A stretch of 64,000 nt of DNA from Arenicellales bacterium (GCA_965116595.1 OZ220708.1:1142875-1206874); one strand, 5' to 3'; shown: positions 54,512 to 63,750, counted from the first letter of the stretch. Numbers and translations: made by a program. The notes: generated by a model from the letters alone, not told the origin.

Positions 54512-55783
54512 TCACGCCGACACATGCGACCAGGCGCGCCAGGCGCGGACATGCAGGACGGGATCGTGGACACGAATGATATCGACCCCCTTTTCACAGA
54601 GCGCCAGGGAGATTCCCAGAGTTTCGGGGTCACGGTTGGCAAATGATTGATCGGAAAAGCCGCCGATAAACGATTTGCGGGAATGTCCGACCAGCAGGCG
54701 CAGCCCGGTCTGTTTGAAACTCATGCAGCCCTGCAACAACTCGATCGACTGGAAGGCGTTTTTGCCGAAGCCGATTCCCGGATCGAATATCACCCGGTTC
54801 AAATCGATCCCCGCGTCCAGCCACTGATCGATTCTACGATCAAGCCAGTCCTGCAACTGGCTGACTGCGCTTTGGCCGGCCAGCAGTATTGCTGCAGGGT
54901 CAGCGGGAATGGTAACGCTGTGCATCGCCACCACCTGGCATTGACTCTGTTTTGCCAGGGCCAGAATATCCGGATTTTGCAGGCCGGTCACGTCGTTGAT
55001 GATTTGCGCTCCGCGGTCAATCGCCTTCTCCAGGGTCTGCCAGTGTCGGCTGTCGACGGAAATGGCCGGTCGAATCTGTGAACCGCAAAATCTCCGGTCA
55101 AGTGCGCTCAACACCGGTTCCAGCCGCCGCCATTCTTCGTCCGCGGATACCGGGGCCGCGCCGGGCCGGGTAGACTCGGCGCCGATATCGATAATCTGGA
55201 CATGGTTCTCGATAAAGTCTTCAATCCGCTGATCCAGCGCCCCCTCGTCCGCCCATTTCCCGCCATCGGAAAATGAATCCGGGGTGATGTTCAGAATTCC
55301 CATCCATAACGGTACCGGCCCGACCCTTTGGCACAGTTTGAAAACCGTCTCGCGCTGACCCGGTATGATCAAATCCGGTTGCAGGTGCATGAGCGGGGTC
55401 AAAACGAAGGGGCGTTCGGACAGGCCGTAATGGGGAATGGTCAACGCCGCTGTTTCCAGGGTCAGGCCGTGCCACAGCAGGATGTCGATATCAATCGGGC
55501 GCGGCGCCCAGCGCCTCGCAGGCTGCCGGCCAAGCTGACGCTCGATTTCCCGGATCAGGCCCAACCCCTGCGCGGGACTCCACCCGGCCCGGCCCGCGAT
55601 GACGCAGTTCAGGTAAGGCTTGTTCCATGACGGCTCGGCATGGTCCGGCAACCATGCCGGGGTTTCCACCAGTGCCGAGATTCGCGATAACTCGAACCCC
55701 CTGGATTGCAGGTGATCGATCGCCTTTTCGAGATTTTCCCGGCGATTTCCGAGGTTGGAGCCCAGTCCGAGCCAGATCGTCAT
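54512..55783 (-). CDS. folKP: bifunctional HPPK (FolK) - dihydropteroate synthase (FolP) fusion
   Basis: The internal ATG at 55783 gives MTIWLGLGSNLG..., collinear with E. coli FolK (RWAPRPIDIDILL, IPHYGL). It continues directly into a DHPS domain (MGILNITPDSFSDGG, IIDIGAESTRPGA, DPGIGFGK, LVGHSRKSF, IIRVHD). Confidence 0.85.
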   Translation of the reverse strand: MTIWLGLGSNLGNRRENLEKAIDHLQSRGFELSRISALVETPAWLPDHAEPSWNKPYLNCVIAGRAGWSPAQGLGLIREIERQLGRQPARRWAPRPIDIDILLWHGLTLETAALTIPHYGLSERPFVLTPLMHLQPDLIIPGQRETVFKLCQRVGPVPLWMGILNITPDSFSDGGKWADEGALDQRIEDFIENHVQIIDIGAESTRPGAAPVSADEEWRRLEPVLSALDRRFCGSQIRPAISVDSRHWQTLEKAIDRGAQIINDVTGLQNPDILALAKQSQCQVVAMHSVTIPADPAAILLAGQSAVSQLQDWLDRRIDQWLDAGIDLNRVIFDPGIGFGKNAFQSIELLQGCMSFKQTGLRLLVGHSRKSFIGGFSDQSFANRDPETLGISLALCEKGVDIIRVHDPVLHVRAWRAWSHVSA

Positions 55784-55894
55784 TGGCGCGGGTTTCCGGT
55801 AGTATCGACGGCGATTAACTGCGACAATATCGCGCTTGTAGTGGTGTTGGCATTCACACCGCAAATTATAAGGCAGCTTCACGTTCCCGCAATC

Positions 55895-56695
55895 ATGCGC
55901 ATATCCGAAATTTATATTTATCCGGTCAAATCCCTTGCCGGAATTTCACTCGATTCGGCGCAATTGAATGAAGCCGGATTCGAGTATGACCGCCAGTGGA
56001 TGGTGACCAGACCCGATGGCGCGTTCATGACTCAACGTAATTACCCGCAAATGGCGCTGGTCGAAACCAGGCTCGATCATGGCAAACTGACGCTGTCTTC
56101 ATTCGGCATGGAACCGCACATCGTCTCTCCGGTTAAAAAAGACAATGGCAAAAGGATAAACACAAAGGTATGGGGAGATCCGGTACAGGCATTGGAACAC
56201 GACGAACAAACCAGTGAATGGCTGAGCCAGGCGATCGGTGTTGATTGCAAGCTGGTCTCGTTCCCCGACGATGAAATCAGGCAATGCGACCCGGCCGTAT
56301 CGAATGCCGGAGAGCATACACTGTTCGCGGACGCGTTTCCCCTGTTGCTGCTCTCCCGGGGTTCGCTGGACGACCTCAACGCGCGGTTGGAAAATCCGGT
56401 GGGAATGGATCGCTTCCGACCCAATATCGTGGTCAGTGGATGTGAGCCGCTCGCTGAAGACAACTGGAAAAAGATCACCGTCGGTGATGTTCGTTTACGG
56501 GTAACACAGGCCTGTGCCCGATGTTCCGTACCGACAGTGAACCAGCAGACCGGCGTATTGTCAGGACCGGAACCGATCCATACCCTGTCGAGCTACCGCC
56601 AAAGGGCCGACGGTGAAGTTTACTTCGGCATCAACCTGGTCCCCGAAACCACCGGCGTGATCCGTACCGGAGACCGCGTGTCCATTCTGATTTAA
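55895..56695 (+). CDS. MOSC-domain protein with N-terminal beta-barrel (YcbX/mARC-like)
   Basis: The ATG at 55895 gives MRISEIYIYPVKSLAGISL... (MOSC_N). The MOSC domain has RFRPNIVV and the conserved Cys in CARCSVPTVNQ. Confidence 0.8.
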   Translation: MRISEIYIYPVKSLAGISLDSAQLNEAGFEYDRQWMVTRPDGAFMTQRNYPQMALVETRLDHGKLTLSSFGMEPHIVSPVKKDNGKRINTKVWGDPVQALEHDEQTSEWLSQAIGVDCKLVSFPDDEIRQCDPAVSNAGEHTLFADAFPLLLLSRGSLDDLNARLENPVGMDRFRPNIVVSGCEPLAEDNWKKITVGDVRLRVTQACARCSVPTVNQQTGVLSGPEPIHTLSSYRQRADGEVYFGINLVPETTGVIRTGDRVSILI

Positions 56696-56705
56696 AGAAA
56701 TTCGG

Positions 56706-57518
56706 ATGAACTTTCAAACCATTGAAATGGTCCGTCACGGGCCGGTTGCCGTGATCACGCTGAACCGGCCGGACAAGCTCAACGCGATCAACAAAACCAT
56801 GCTGGATGAGTTGAATGCGGCGCTGGACCGGATTGAACAGGATGAAAAGGTTTATTCCGTAGTCCTGAATGGCAATGGCAGGGCCTTTTGCTCGGGTTTT
56901 GACTTGCAGGCGGGCATTGAAGCCAATCGTCAGGGTGAACGGCAGTGGCGCGAGGCGCTGCAATATGACCTCGATGTGATCATGCGCTTCTGGAGCCTGT
57001 CGAAACCGACTATCGCCGCGGTGCATGGTTATGCGCTTGCCGCTGGATTCGAACTGGCCCTCGCCTGCGACCTCACGGTTTGCGACGCGGACAGTGTTTT
57101 CGGGGAGCCGGAACTGCGTTTCGGCAGCAGCATAGTGGCGCTGCTGCTGCCCTGGTATACCAATCCGAAGCGAGCCAAAAAGGTCTTGCTGACCGGGCAG
57201 GACCGGATGACCCCGGCTGAAGCGTTGCAAATGGGCATTGTCAATGAAATCACCGGGCCCGGAGAGGCGCTGGCCCGCGGTCTGGAATTGGCCGGGGAAA
57301 TCGCGATGATGGACGTGGATTCGGTCAGGCTGACCAAGCAGGCATTGAACCGCAGCTACGAAATCATGGGGATGAATCAGGCCCTGCAGATGGGCGTAGA
57401 GACTTCGATAAAAATCGAAACGACAGAAACTGAAGTCAGACGGGAATTCAACCGGATCCTGCGCAGCGAAGGACTGAAGGCGGCGCTAAGCTGGAGAGAA
57501 GAGAGACTGAAATCATAA
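56706..57518 (+). CDS. enoyl-CoA hydratase/isomerase (crotonase) family protein
   Basis: 270-aa ORF with VAVITLNRPDKLNA, GRAFCSGFDL and AAVHGYALAAGFELALACD. Confidence 0.85.
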   Translation: MNFQTIEMVRHGPVAVITLNRPDKLNAINKTMLDELNAALDRIEQDEKVYSVVLNGNGRAFCSGFDLQAGIEANRQGERQWREALQYDLDVIMRFWSLSKPTIAAVHGYALAAGFELALACDLTVCDADSVFGEPELRFGSSIVALLLPWYTNPKRAKKVLLTGQDRMTPAEALQMGIVNEITGPGEALARGLELAGEIAMMDVDSVRLTKQALNRSYEIMGMNQALQMGVETSIKIETTETEVRREFNRILRSEGLKAALSWREERLKS

Positions 57519-59659
57519 TGGCTCACCGCCTTGATCCACTTTTGAGGCCCGGGTCGATGGCGCTGGTGGGCGCGTCCGGCCGACCGGACAGTCCCGGCCG
57601 GGTGCTCGCGGACATGGTGATCAATTCACCCTGGCGCGGAGCGGTTTATCCGGTCAATCCGGGCTATGAATCGTTATTCGGTGTCCGCTGCTATCCGGAC
57701 CTCGACTCATTACCTGAAACAGTGGAGCATGCGGCGCTCGCCGTCTCCAATGAAAAGCTGGAACAGGCCTTGCTGGACGCGATCAGGCACGGGGTCCGGG
57801 CGGCGACGATTTATTCCAGTTGTATCCTGGAAAAGGATACCGAACCACGGTTGCACATAAGGATTTCAGAGCTGGCGAAACAGGCGGGGATTGCCATTTG
57901 CGGAGGTAATGGCATGGGCTTTTACAACATCTCCGACGCCCTGTATGCGGGACTCTTCCCGATGAACAGAAACCGGCACCACGAATTGCCCGGGAACATC
58001 AGTTTTATCGCTCAATCGGGGTCCGCTTTCGCCGCGTTAGCGCACAATGGCTGTCGCCTGAAATTCAACCTTTGTGTTTCCTGCGGCAACGAAATGGTGA
58101 CCACGGCGGCCGATTACATGGATTGGTCGTTATCCCGCCCCGACACCCGGGTGATTGCCCTGTTTCTGGAGACCGTGCGCGAACCGAAGGCGTTTACCGA
58201 TGCGCTGGAACGGGCCATGCAACTGGACATACCGGTCGTTGTGATGAAAGCCGGAAAGTCCCCTCTAGGCGCCCGCATGGCAAAAACACATACCGGTGCG
58301 ATTGCCGGCAACCATGCCGCTTATGAAGCCGTATTTGATCGCTACAACGTCATCGAGGTCAGCGACTTCAATGAAATGGGGGCCACGCTGATGATGCTTC
58401 AATCCGGCCGCCGGGCCGGCGCTGGCGACCTGGCTACGATCCAGGAGTCAGGCGGGTTGATGGAACTGGTGGCGGATATCGCCTGTGATCTTGGAATCAA
58501 ATTTGCCTCGATCAGCGAAAACACCAAAACGGCTCTCCGGGAAAACCTGGAACCCGGACTGATCGCCGATAATCCATTGGACGCCTGGGGCTCAAACCAT
58601 GATTTCGAAAACCGGTTCTATCGGTGCATGTCGGCCATGATGCAAGATCCGGCCGTCAGTGTTGGCCTGTTCTTTTCCAATTTTCGCGATGACTACTACC
58701 TGTCCGAGGCTTTCTATCGATTGATGGTCAGGGTTGCAGGGGAAACCGACAAGCCGGTCGCGATGGCAAACTGTCACACCGATATTGACAACCCGGACCT
58801 GTGTAAAAGGACCGGTGAGGCGGGGATTCCCTTTCTTGACGGCACCCGGTCGTCGCTGCTGGCGGCCAGGCACCTGCTGACCTACCGAAACAGGCAAAAA
58901 AACCCGGGGCCGCCGCCAGTCGGCCTTGCCGATACCGGGAAAGCGAATAAATGGAAAAAAATTCTGCTCGATCATGCGGGCGACGTCCTGGGTGAGCGGC
59001 AGACGATGGAACTGTTTGCCGATTTCGGGATCAGCACGCCGCGATGCCGCAGTGCACAAAGTCGGAACGAAGCGCTCCGGGCGGCATCTGAGATCGGCTT
59101 CCCACTGGTCCTTAAAACGGCCGCAAGCGGTATCACCCACAAGAGCGATCAGGACGGCGTGGTCACCAATATCAACGACGCACAGGAATTGGAACGGGCA
59201 TACGCGGCCCTTTCACGACGTCTCGGTAACCGGGTATTGTTGTCCGAAATGGTGGCCCCGGGAACAGAAGTCGGCCTGGGAATGGTCAACGATCCCCAGT
59301 TTGGTCCGTTCATCATGGTCGCGGCCGGAGGGGTTCTGATCGAGTTGATCTCGGACTCTCAGGTAGCACTTGCGCCCGTGACTCCGGTCAAGGCGGAACA
59401 GATGATCGCGTCCCTGAAAATAGCGAGGCTGATTGAAGGCATGCGCGGCAGCCCTCCGGGTGACCGGCGCGCCCTGGCCGAGGCGATTGCTCGCTTGTCC
59501 GAACTGGCTTTCGCCTTGCGGGAGGTCATATCGGAAATCGACATCAATCCGGTCATCGTCAATCAGGCGGGAGCCTGTGCGGTGGACGGCCTGGTTTCAG
59601 TATCCGCTTCCAGCCAGGCCAGAAGCCGCCTCTCGAACCGGGAAGCAGCTTCCGTATAG
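57518..59659 (+). CDS. ADP-forming acyl-CoA synthetase (fused alpha/beta, acetate-CoA ligase ADP-forming family)
   Basis: 713-aa ORF whose start overlaps the crotonase stop (ATAATG). It has an N-terminal CoA-binding domain (SMALVGASGRPDSPG), a ligase-CoA domain with a His loop (KTHTGAIAG), and a C-terminal ATP-grasp domain. Confidence 0.85.
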   Translation: MAHRLDPLLRPGSMALVGASGRPDSPGRVLADMVINSPWRGAVYPVNPGYESLFGVRCYPDLDSLPETVEHAALAVSNEKLEQALLDAIRHGVRAATIYSSCILEKDTEPRLHIRISELAKQAGIAICGGNGMGFYNISDALYAGLFPMNRNRHHELPGNISFIAQSGSAFAALAHNGCRLKFNLCVSCGNEMVTTAADYMDWSLSRPDTRVIALFLETVREPKAFTDALERAMQLDIPVVVMKAGKSPLGARMAKTHTGAIAGNHAAYEAVFDRYNVIEVSDFNEMGATLMMLQSGRRAGAGDLATIQESGGLMELVADIACDLGIKFASISENTKTALRENLEPGLIADNPLDAWGSNHDFENRFYRCMSAMMQDPAVSVGLFFSNFRDDYYLSEAFYRLMVRVAGETDKPVAMANCHTDIDNPDLCKRTGEAGIPFLDGTRSSLLAARHLLTYRNRQKNPGPPPVGLADTGKANKWKKILLDHAGDVLGERQTMELFADFGISTPRCRSAQSRNEALRAASEIGFPLVLKTAASGITHKSDQDGVVTNINDAQELERAYAALSRRLGNRVLLSEMVAPGTEVGLGMVNDPQFGPFIMVAAGGVLIELISDSQVALAPVTPVKAEQMIASLKIARLIEGMRGSPPGDRRALAEAIARLSELAFALREVISEIDINPVIVNQAGACAVDGLVSVSASSQARSRLSNREAASV

Positions 59660-60210
59660 TCTGCATTGCCGACATGATCTTTCAACCGGGTCACGGACAG
59701 ATCTTCGATACCACAGGGAGTGATCCAGTTGTATGGAGTCAGATCCACATCAATATTGAGGCTGAGCCCATGGTAGCAGTATCCTCGTGAGAACCGCAGT
59801 CCCAGCGCCGCGATTTTTTTACCTTGAACATATACGCCGGGAGCGCCGGCCCGGGGAGCGCCTTCCACGCCCCAGGATTCCAGGAAATCGATGGTCACCT
59901 GCTCCAGGGCGTTGACCAACGCTCTCGGGCCAATGTTCATTTTCTTTACATTCAGTAAAAGATAAACGATCAGTTGTCCCGGACCATGCCAAGTCATCAA
60001 TCCGCCCCGGTCGGTATGCACAACCGGAATATGACGGCCGGCCGCTTCGGGCAGGTCGTGACAGCGAACTCCCTGGGTATACACCGAATGGTGCTGCAGA
60101 AACCAGATTTGATCTCTGGTCCCGGCATCCCTGGTGCGGGTAAACTCAATCATTTCCTGCCAGACTTCGTGGTAATCACACACCCCTTTATGTCGAATGA
60201 CCGGATTCAC
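59563..60210 (-). CDS. lipB: octanoyl-[ACP]:protein N-octanoyltransferase LipB
   Basis: 215-aa ORF with DQIWFLQHHSVYTQG, TDRGGLMTWHGPGQLIVY, KIAALGLR and ITPCG motifs. Confidence 0.9.
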   Translation of the reverse strand: MNPVIRHKGVCDYHEVWQEMIEFTRTRDAGTRDQIWFLQHHSVYTQGVRCHDLPEAAGRHIPVVHTDRGGLMTWHGPGQLIVYLLLNVKKMNIGPRALVNALEQVTIDFLESWGVEGAPRAGAPGVYVQGKKIAALGLRFSRGYCYHGLSLNIDVDLTPYNWITPCGIEDLSVTRLKDHVGNADYTEAASRFERRLLAWLEADTETRPSTAQAPA

Positions 60211-60337
60211 TGAGTCGATGGGGCTGATTGCGCCGGCTTCTCACTTGCAGCCGCTCTTCGAGAGTTTTCAGGATTAAGTGACAAAATCTGAATCATTTTA
60301 GATACATTATCGGATAAGAGTAAATCGGGTTGTTCTT

Positions 60338-61852
60338 ATGAATATACTATTTATAACCGCAGATCAATGGCGCGGCGACTGTATTTCCGCTGTCGGTCAT
60401 CCCTGTGTAAAAACCCCCAATTTTGATCAGTTGATTCATGACGGTATTTTATTCAGCAACCACTATTCGGTAACGGCGCCTTGTGCACCGGCGCGAGCCA
60501 GTCTGCTTACCGGCATGTATCAGCAAAACCACAGGGTGGTATGCAATGGCACGCCTCTGGACGACCGCCACACCAATCTGGCCCGTGAACTTCGTGCCGC
60601 GGGCTATCGTCCCCTGTTGTTCGGATATACCGACACCAGCCCCGATCCAAAGCACCACAGTGAAGGTGAGGTAATCAAACACGGCTACGAAAATATGATG
60701 CCGGGATTCGAAGAAGGTCTGCTGCTGACGGATGGCAACCCGGTTCCCTGGTTGCAGCATTTGCGGGACAACGGTTATTCTGTCAATAACGCGCTCGAAG
60801 CGCACCTGGGGATTAAATCGGATCGTGACCGGGATGTTGCAACTCCGCTGTATCGGGACGAGCATTCCCAGACGGCGTTCCTGACGGACCGGGTCATCGA
60901 CCATATTGATTCGGCAGACGCCGACTGGTGCATACATTTATCCTATTTGCGCCCGCACCCGCCATTTGTAGCCACTGCGCCGTGGAATACGATGTACTCC
61001 CCGGACCATGTCCCCGCTCCTGTTCGCGCGCCGAACCCCCGGCAATACGAAAAACTGCACCCCTGGATCAAGGCGGCATTGTCCCGGACCTGTGACTGGT
61101 TCGGCCCCTGGATTCAACAGGAAATCGGCATCGGCCACTATGACCGGGAAATGCGGCGGATTCAGGCGACCTATTATGGTCTGGTCAGCAAGGTGGATCA
61201 CTATATTGGCAAAGTGATCGAGCATCTCAAATACACCAATCAATACAACAATACACTGATCGTGCTGACCGCCGACCACGGCGAACTGCTTGGCGACCAC
61301 TGGCTGTTTGGCAAAGGTGGATTTTACGACTCTGCCTATCACATTCCATTGATTATTCGGGACCCGTCACAATCTGAAAGCGCTCGCGGGCGCACTCTCT
61401 CACCCTTTACAGAGTCAGTGGATGTGATGCCGACTATCCTGGATGCGCTGGAACTGCCCATACCGCGTCAGTGTGACGGCCACTCGTTAATGCCGCATAT
61501 ACGGGGTGAAGGAACCTGCGATCTGCGTGAAGAAGTTCATTGGGAATACGATTTCCGCGATGTCGAAAACGCCATACCTGAAAACCTTCTCGGCATTGCC
61601 ATGGACGATTGCCAAATGAATGTAATACGCGACCAGCGTTATAAATATGTCCACTTCACCGGATTACCGGCATTGTTCTTCGATCTGAAAAACGATCCCG
61701 GAGAAACGAACAATTTGATGGATGATCCTGCCTGCGCCAGCGAAGTGACGCGCTTGATGCAGCGGATGATTTCATGGCGAATGCACAACGACGAACGGAC
61801 GTTGACAAACATCAATGTATCCAGAGAAAAAGTTTTCCGGCGTAATGGATAG
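60338..61852 (+). CDS. sulfatase / alkaline-phosphatase-superfamily hydrolase
   Basis: 504-aa ORF with NILFITADQWRGD, the CxPxR signature in APCAPARASLLTG, and LTADHGELLGDH. No signal peptide is evident. Confidence 0.85.
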   Translation: MNILFITADQWRGDCISAVGHPCVKTPNFDQLIHDGILFSNHYSVTAPCAPARASLLTGMYQQNHRVVCNGTPLDDRHTNLARELRAAGYRPLLFGYTDTSPDPKHHSEGEVIKHGYENMMPGFEEGLLLTDGNPVPWLQHLRDNGYSVNNALEAHLGIKSDRDRDVATPLYRDEHSQTAFLTDRVIDHIDSADADWCIHLSYLRPHPPFVATAPWNTMYSPDHVPAPVRAPNPRQYEKLHPWIKAALSRTCDWFGPWIQQEIGIGHYDREMRRIQATYYGLVSKVDHYIGKVIEHLKYTNQYNNTLIVLTADHGELLGDHWLFGKGGFYDSAYHIPLIIRDPSQSESARGRTLSPFTESVDVMPTILDALELPIPRQCDGHSLMPHIRGEGTCDLREEVHWEYDFRDVENAIPENLLGIAMDDCQMNVIRDQRYKYVHFTGLPALFFDLKNDPGETNNLMDDPACASEVTRLMQRMISWRMHNDERTLTNINVSREKVFRRNG

Positions 61853-61855
61853 TAG

Positions 61856-61877
61856 GGGCAGGCCACTGTGCCTGCCC
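61856..61877. terminator. GC-rich stem-loop between convergent genes (possible bidirectional terminator)
   Basis: GGGCAGGC-cactgt-GCCTGCCC forms an 8-bp perfect stem, read directly. It lies in the 28-nt gap between the sulfatase stop and the ybeD stop. There is no clear U-tract on either side. Confidence 0.35.
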
Positions 61878-61880
61878 GGC

Positions 61881-62177
61881 TCAGATCACCATCAACACCT
61901 CGGGATGGGAGGAAAGATAACGATACAACTGATCCATCTGCTGCCTGCCTGAGGCCCGGATCCGGCAACTGAAGGAATGATACCTGCCGTGCTTGCTTTG
62001 CTTTTGATGGATACTCTCCAGTTCATCCGGCAGGATGGATTGCAGCAATACGTCGCGCACCAGCTCGAGATTATTCTCCCGGGCAGACAAAAAGATCTTC
62101 ACGTCGATAAAACAGGGGAACGTCAATCCCCGCGGACTCTCGCTTGCCGTCACTCTTTCCCTCGCGTTTCTCTTCAT
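61881..62177 (-). CDS. ybeD: YbeD-family (DUF493/UPF0250) small protein
   Basis: 98-aa ORF with FPCFIDVKIF...GRYHSFSCRI...QMDQLYRYL...VLMVI, the pattern of E. coli YbeD. YbeD is the usual neighbour of lipB. Confidence 0.75.
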   Translation of the reverse strand: MKRNARERVTASESPRGLTFPCFIDVKIFLSARENNLELVRDVLLQSILPDELESIHQKQSKHGRYHSFSCRIRASGRQQMDQLYRYLSSHPEVLMVI

Positions 62178-62345
62178 TTCATTCTAGCACAGCCTTGCCA
62201 CCGGGCGCGGATGCGCAACTCGCTGTACACAACTTGACATGCACAGCACAATGTTATTAAGCTTTTGGCAGTATGTTATGCACATAACGCGTCCAGATAC
62301 CCCTGTAAAGGGGGAAACCACCGACACTCCCGGAAGTCACCTGGA

Positions 62346-63659
62346 ATGATACAGCCGGGCAGCAAATCCTTGCGGAAGATTGCGGTCGTCGGGCGGGGAA
62401 CGGCGGGGGCCCTGGCGGCCGCCAGCGTAACGTCTCTTCACCCCGACAGCGACCACGAGCTGCATCACATCTATGACTCGCGCATCCCGGCAATCGGGGT
62501 GGGCGAAGGCAGTTGGCCGAGCCTGGTCCAGCAATTGAAGCAACTGACAGGATTGCCCCACGATACCGTCCAACAGCGCCTGAGGGGTACCCGCAAGTAC
62601 GGCGTTGCATTCGAAGGATGGGGGCTGCGCAACCAGAACTTCACTCACTACTTCATGCCGAAAAAGGCGTCCTACGCCTACCACCTGTCCGCCGACCTGC
62701 TGGCGGACCTGCTGCGCGAAAGCACGCATGCGCGCCACATCGACGCGAAAGTGCTCAATATCTCCAGGGTGGCGGACGGTGCGCAAGTGCAATTCGAGGG
62801 TCTGGCGCCGGAACATTACGACCTGGTTTTTGATGCCCGCGGGTTTCCGGGGGAACTCAACCCTGACCATCACATTAATATTCCCTTCATACCCACCAAT
62901 ACGGCGGTCATCCGCCGCTGTCCGGCAATCATCGGGGAAGAACGTGACAGGCCGGCTCTCACGCATACCTATACCCGTGCGGTTGCGCGTCCGCACGGCT
63001 GGGTATTCGTTATACCGCTTACCGCGCACACATCTTACGGGTACATTTTCAACCGCGGCATATCCAGCCTTGCCGATGTCGAATCGGACTTTGACGGGTT
63101 CCTGGAAACCGATGGCGTATCGGAATTCGAGCAACGCGCCGTCATTCGGTTTCCCAACTATGTCCATCGCCGGATATACGATGGCGCGGTGGCCCGCATC
63201 GGCAACGCGGCAGCCTTCATGGAACCTCTTGAAGCGACGGCCATCGTATCCGCCCAGCTGCAGGTCGGGATGGTTCTTCATATTCGCCTCAACCGTTCGG
63301 TAGAGAATCTGGAGCGCGACGCGCCAGTGGTCAATCGATTTCTCATCGACAACATGCTCCGCTACGGCCTGTTCGTAGGCTGGCACTATTCCTGCGGCTC
63401 GAGGTACGACAGCGAATTCTGGCGCCATGCCCGTGATCACGCCTGGCCACAGTTCCGCAAGGCAACGGCTCCCGAGGTCGTGGATTGTTCCGCACTCCGT
63501 AAATTCGACGAAATGATCGAACGGATGAACCAGCCCGCCATCGACAAGGAAGACTGGAACCGGATGTGTGCGGTCCCCCTTACCAGTTATGCCCAGATGT
63601 TCCGGGGGCTTGGCCTGACTGCCCCGGCTCTTGACCGCATTGACTCGGGAATGGAATAA
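62346..63659 (+). CDS. flavin-dependent tryptophan-halogenase-family protein
   Basis: The ATG at 62346 gives MIQPGSKSLRKIAVVGRGTAGALAAA (GxGxxG). It also has GVGEGSWPS, the Lys context TRKYGVAFEGW, and GWVFVIPL in place of the WxWxIP motif. Confidence 0.75.
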   Translation: MIQPGSKSLRKIAVVGRGTAGALAAASVTSLHPDSDHELHHIYDSRIPAIGVGEGSWPSLVQQLKQLTGLPHDTVQQRLRGTRKYGVAFEGWGLRNQNFTHYFMPKKASYAYHLSADLLADLLRESTHARHIDAKVLNISRVADGAQVQFEGLAPEHYDLVFDARGFPGELNPDHHINIPFIPTNTAVIRRCPAIIGEERDRPALTHTYTRAVARPHGWVFVIPLTAHTSYGYIFNRGISSLADVESDFDGFLETDGVSEFEQRAVIRFPNYVHRRIYDGAVARIGNAAAFMEPLEATAIVSAQLQVGMVLHIRLNRSVENLERDAPVVNRFLIDNMLRYGLFVGWHYSCGSRYDSEFWRHARDHAWPQFRKATAPEVVDCSALRKFDEMIERMNQPAIDKEDWNRMCAVPLTSYAQMFRGLGLTAPALDRIDSGME

Positions 63660-63750
63660 TGCATCCAATCAACAAGACTTGAGGGGTGGGTGATACAAGG
63701 GTCTTACAGGGGTCTGACTGAACCACTCTTGAGCATTCTGAGTAACCATT

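Noticed and set aside
53376-54646. Two long overlapping ORFs (333 aa on the minus strand, 305 aa on the plus strand) rich in Arg/Pro/Gly, overlapping the EamA transporter gene.
   Set aside because: Their composition (RRRPG-type repeats) is typical of out-of-frame or antisense reading of GC-rich membrane-protein genes. The 281-aa EamA frame gives ten clean TM helices.
62337-63668. A 443-aa minus-strand ORF spanning the entire halogenase-like gene.
   Set aside because: It has no recognisable motif and an Arg/Gly/Val/Ala-heavy composition typical of a shadow ORF in GC-rich DNA. The plus-strand frame has clear FAD-binding and family motifs, so the antisense ORF is most likely non-coding.
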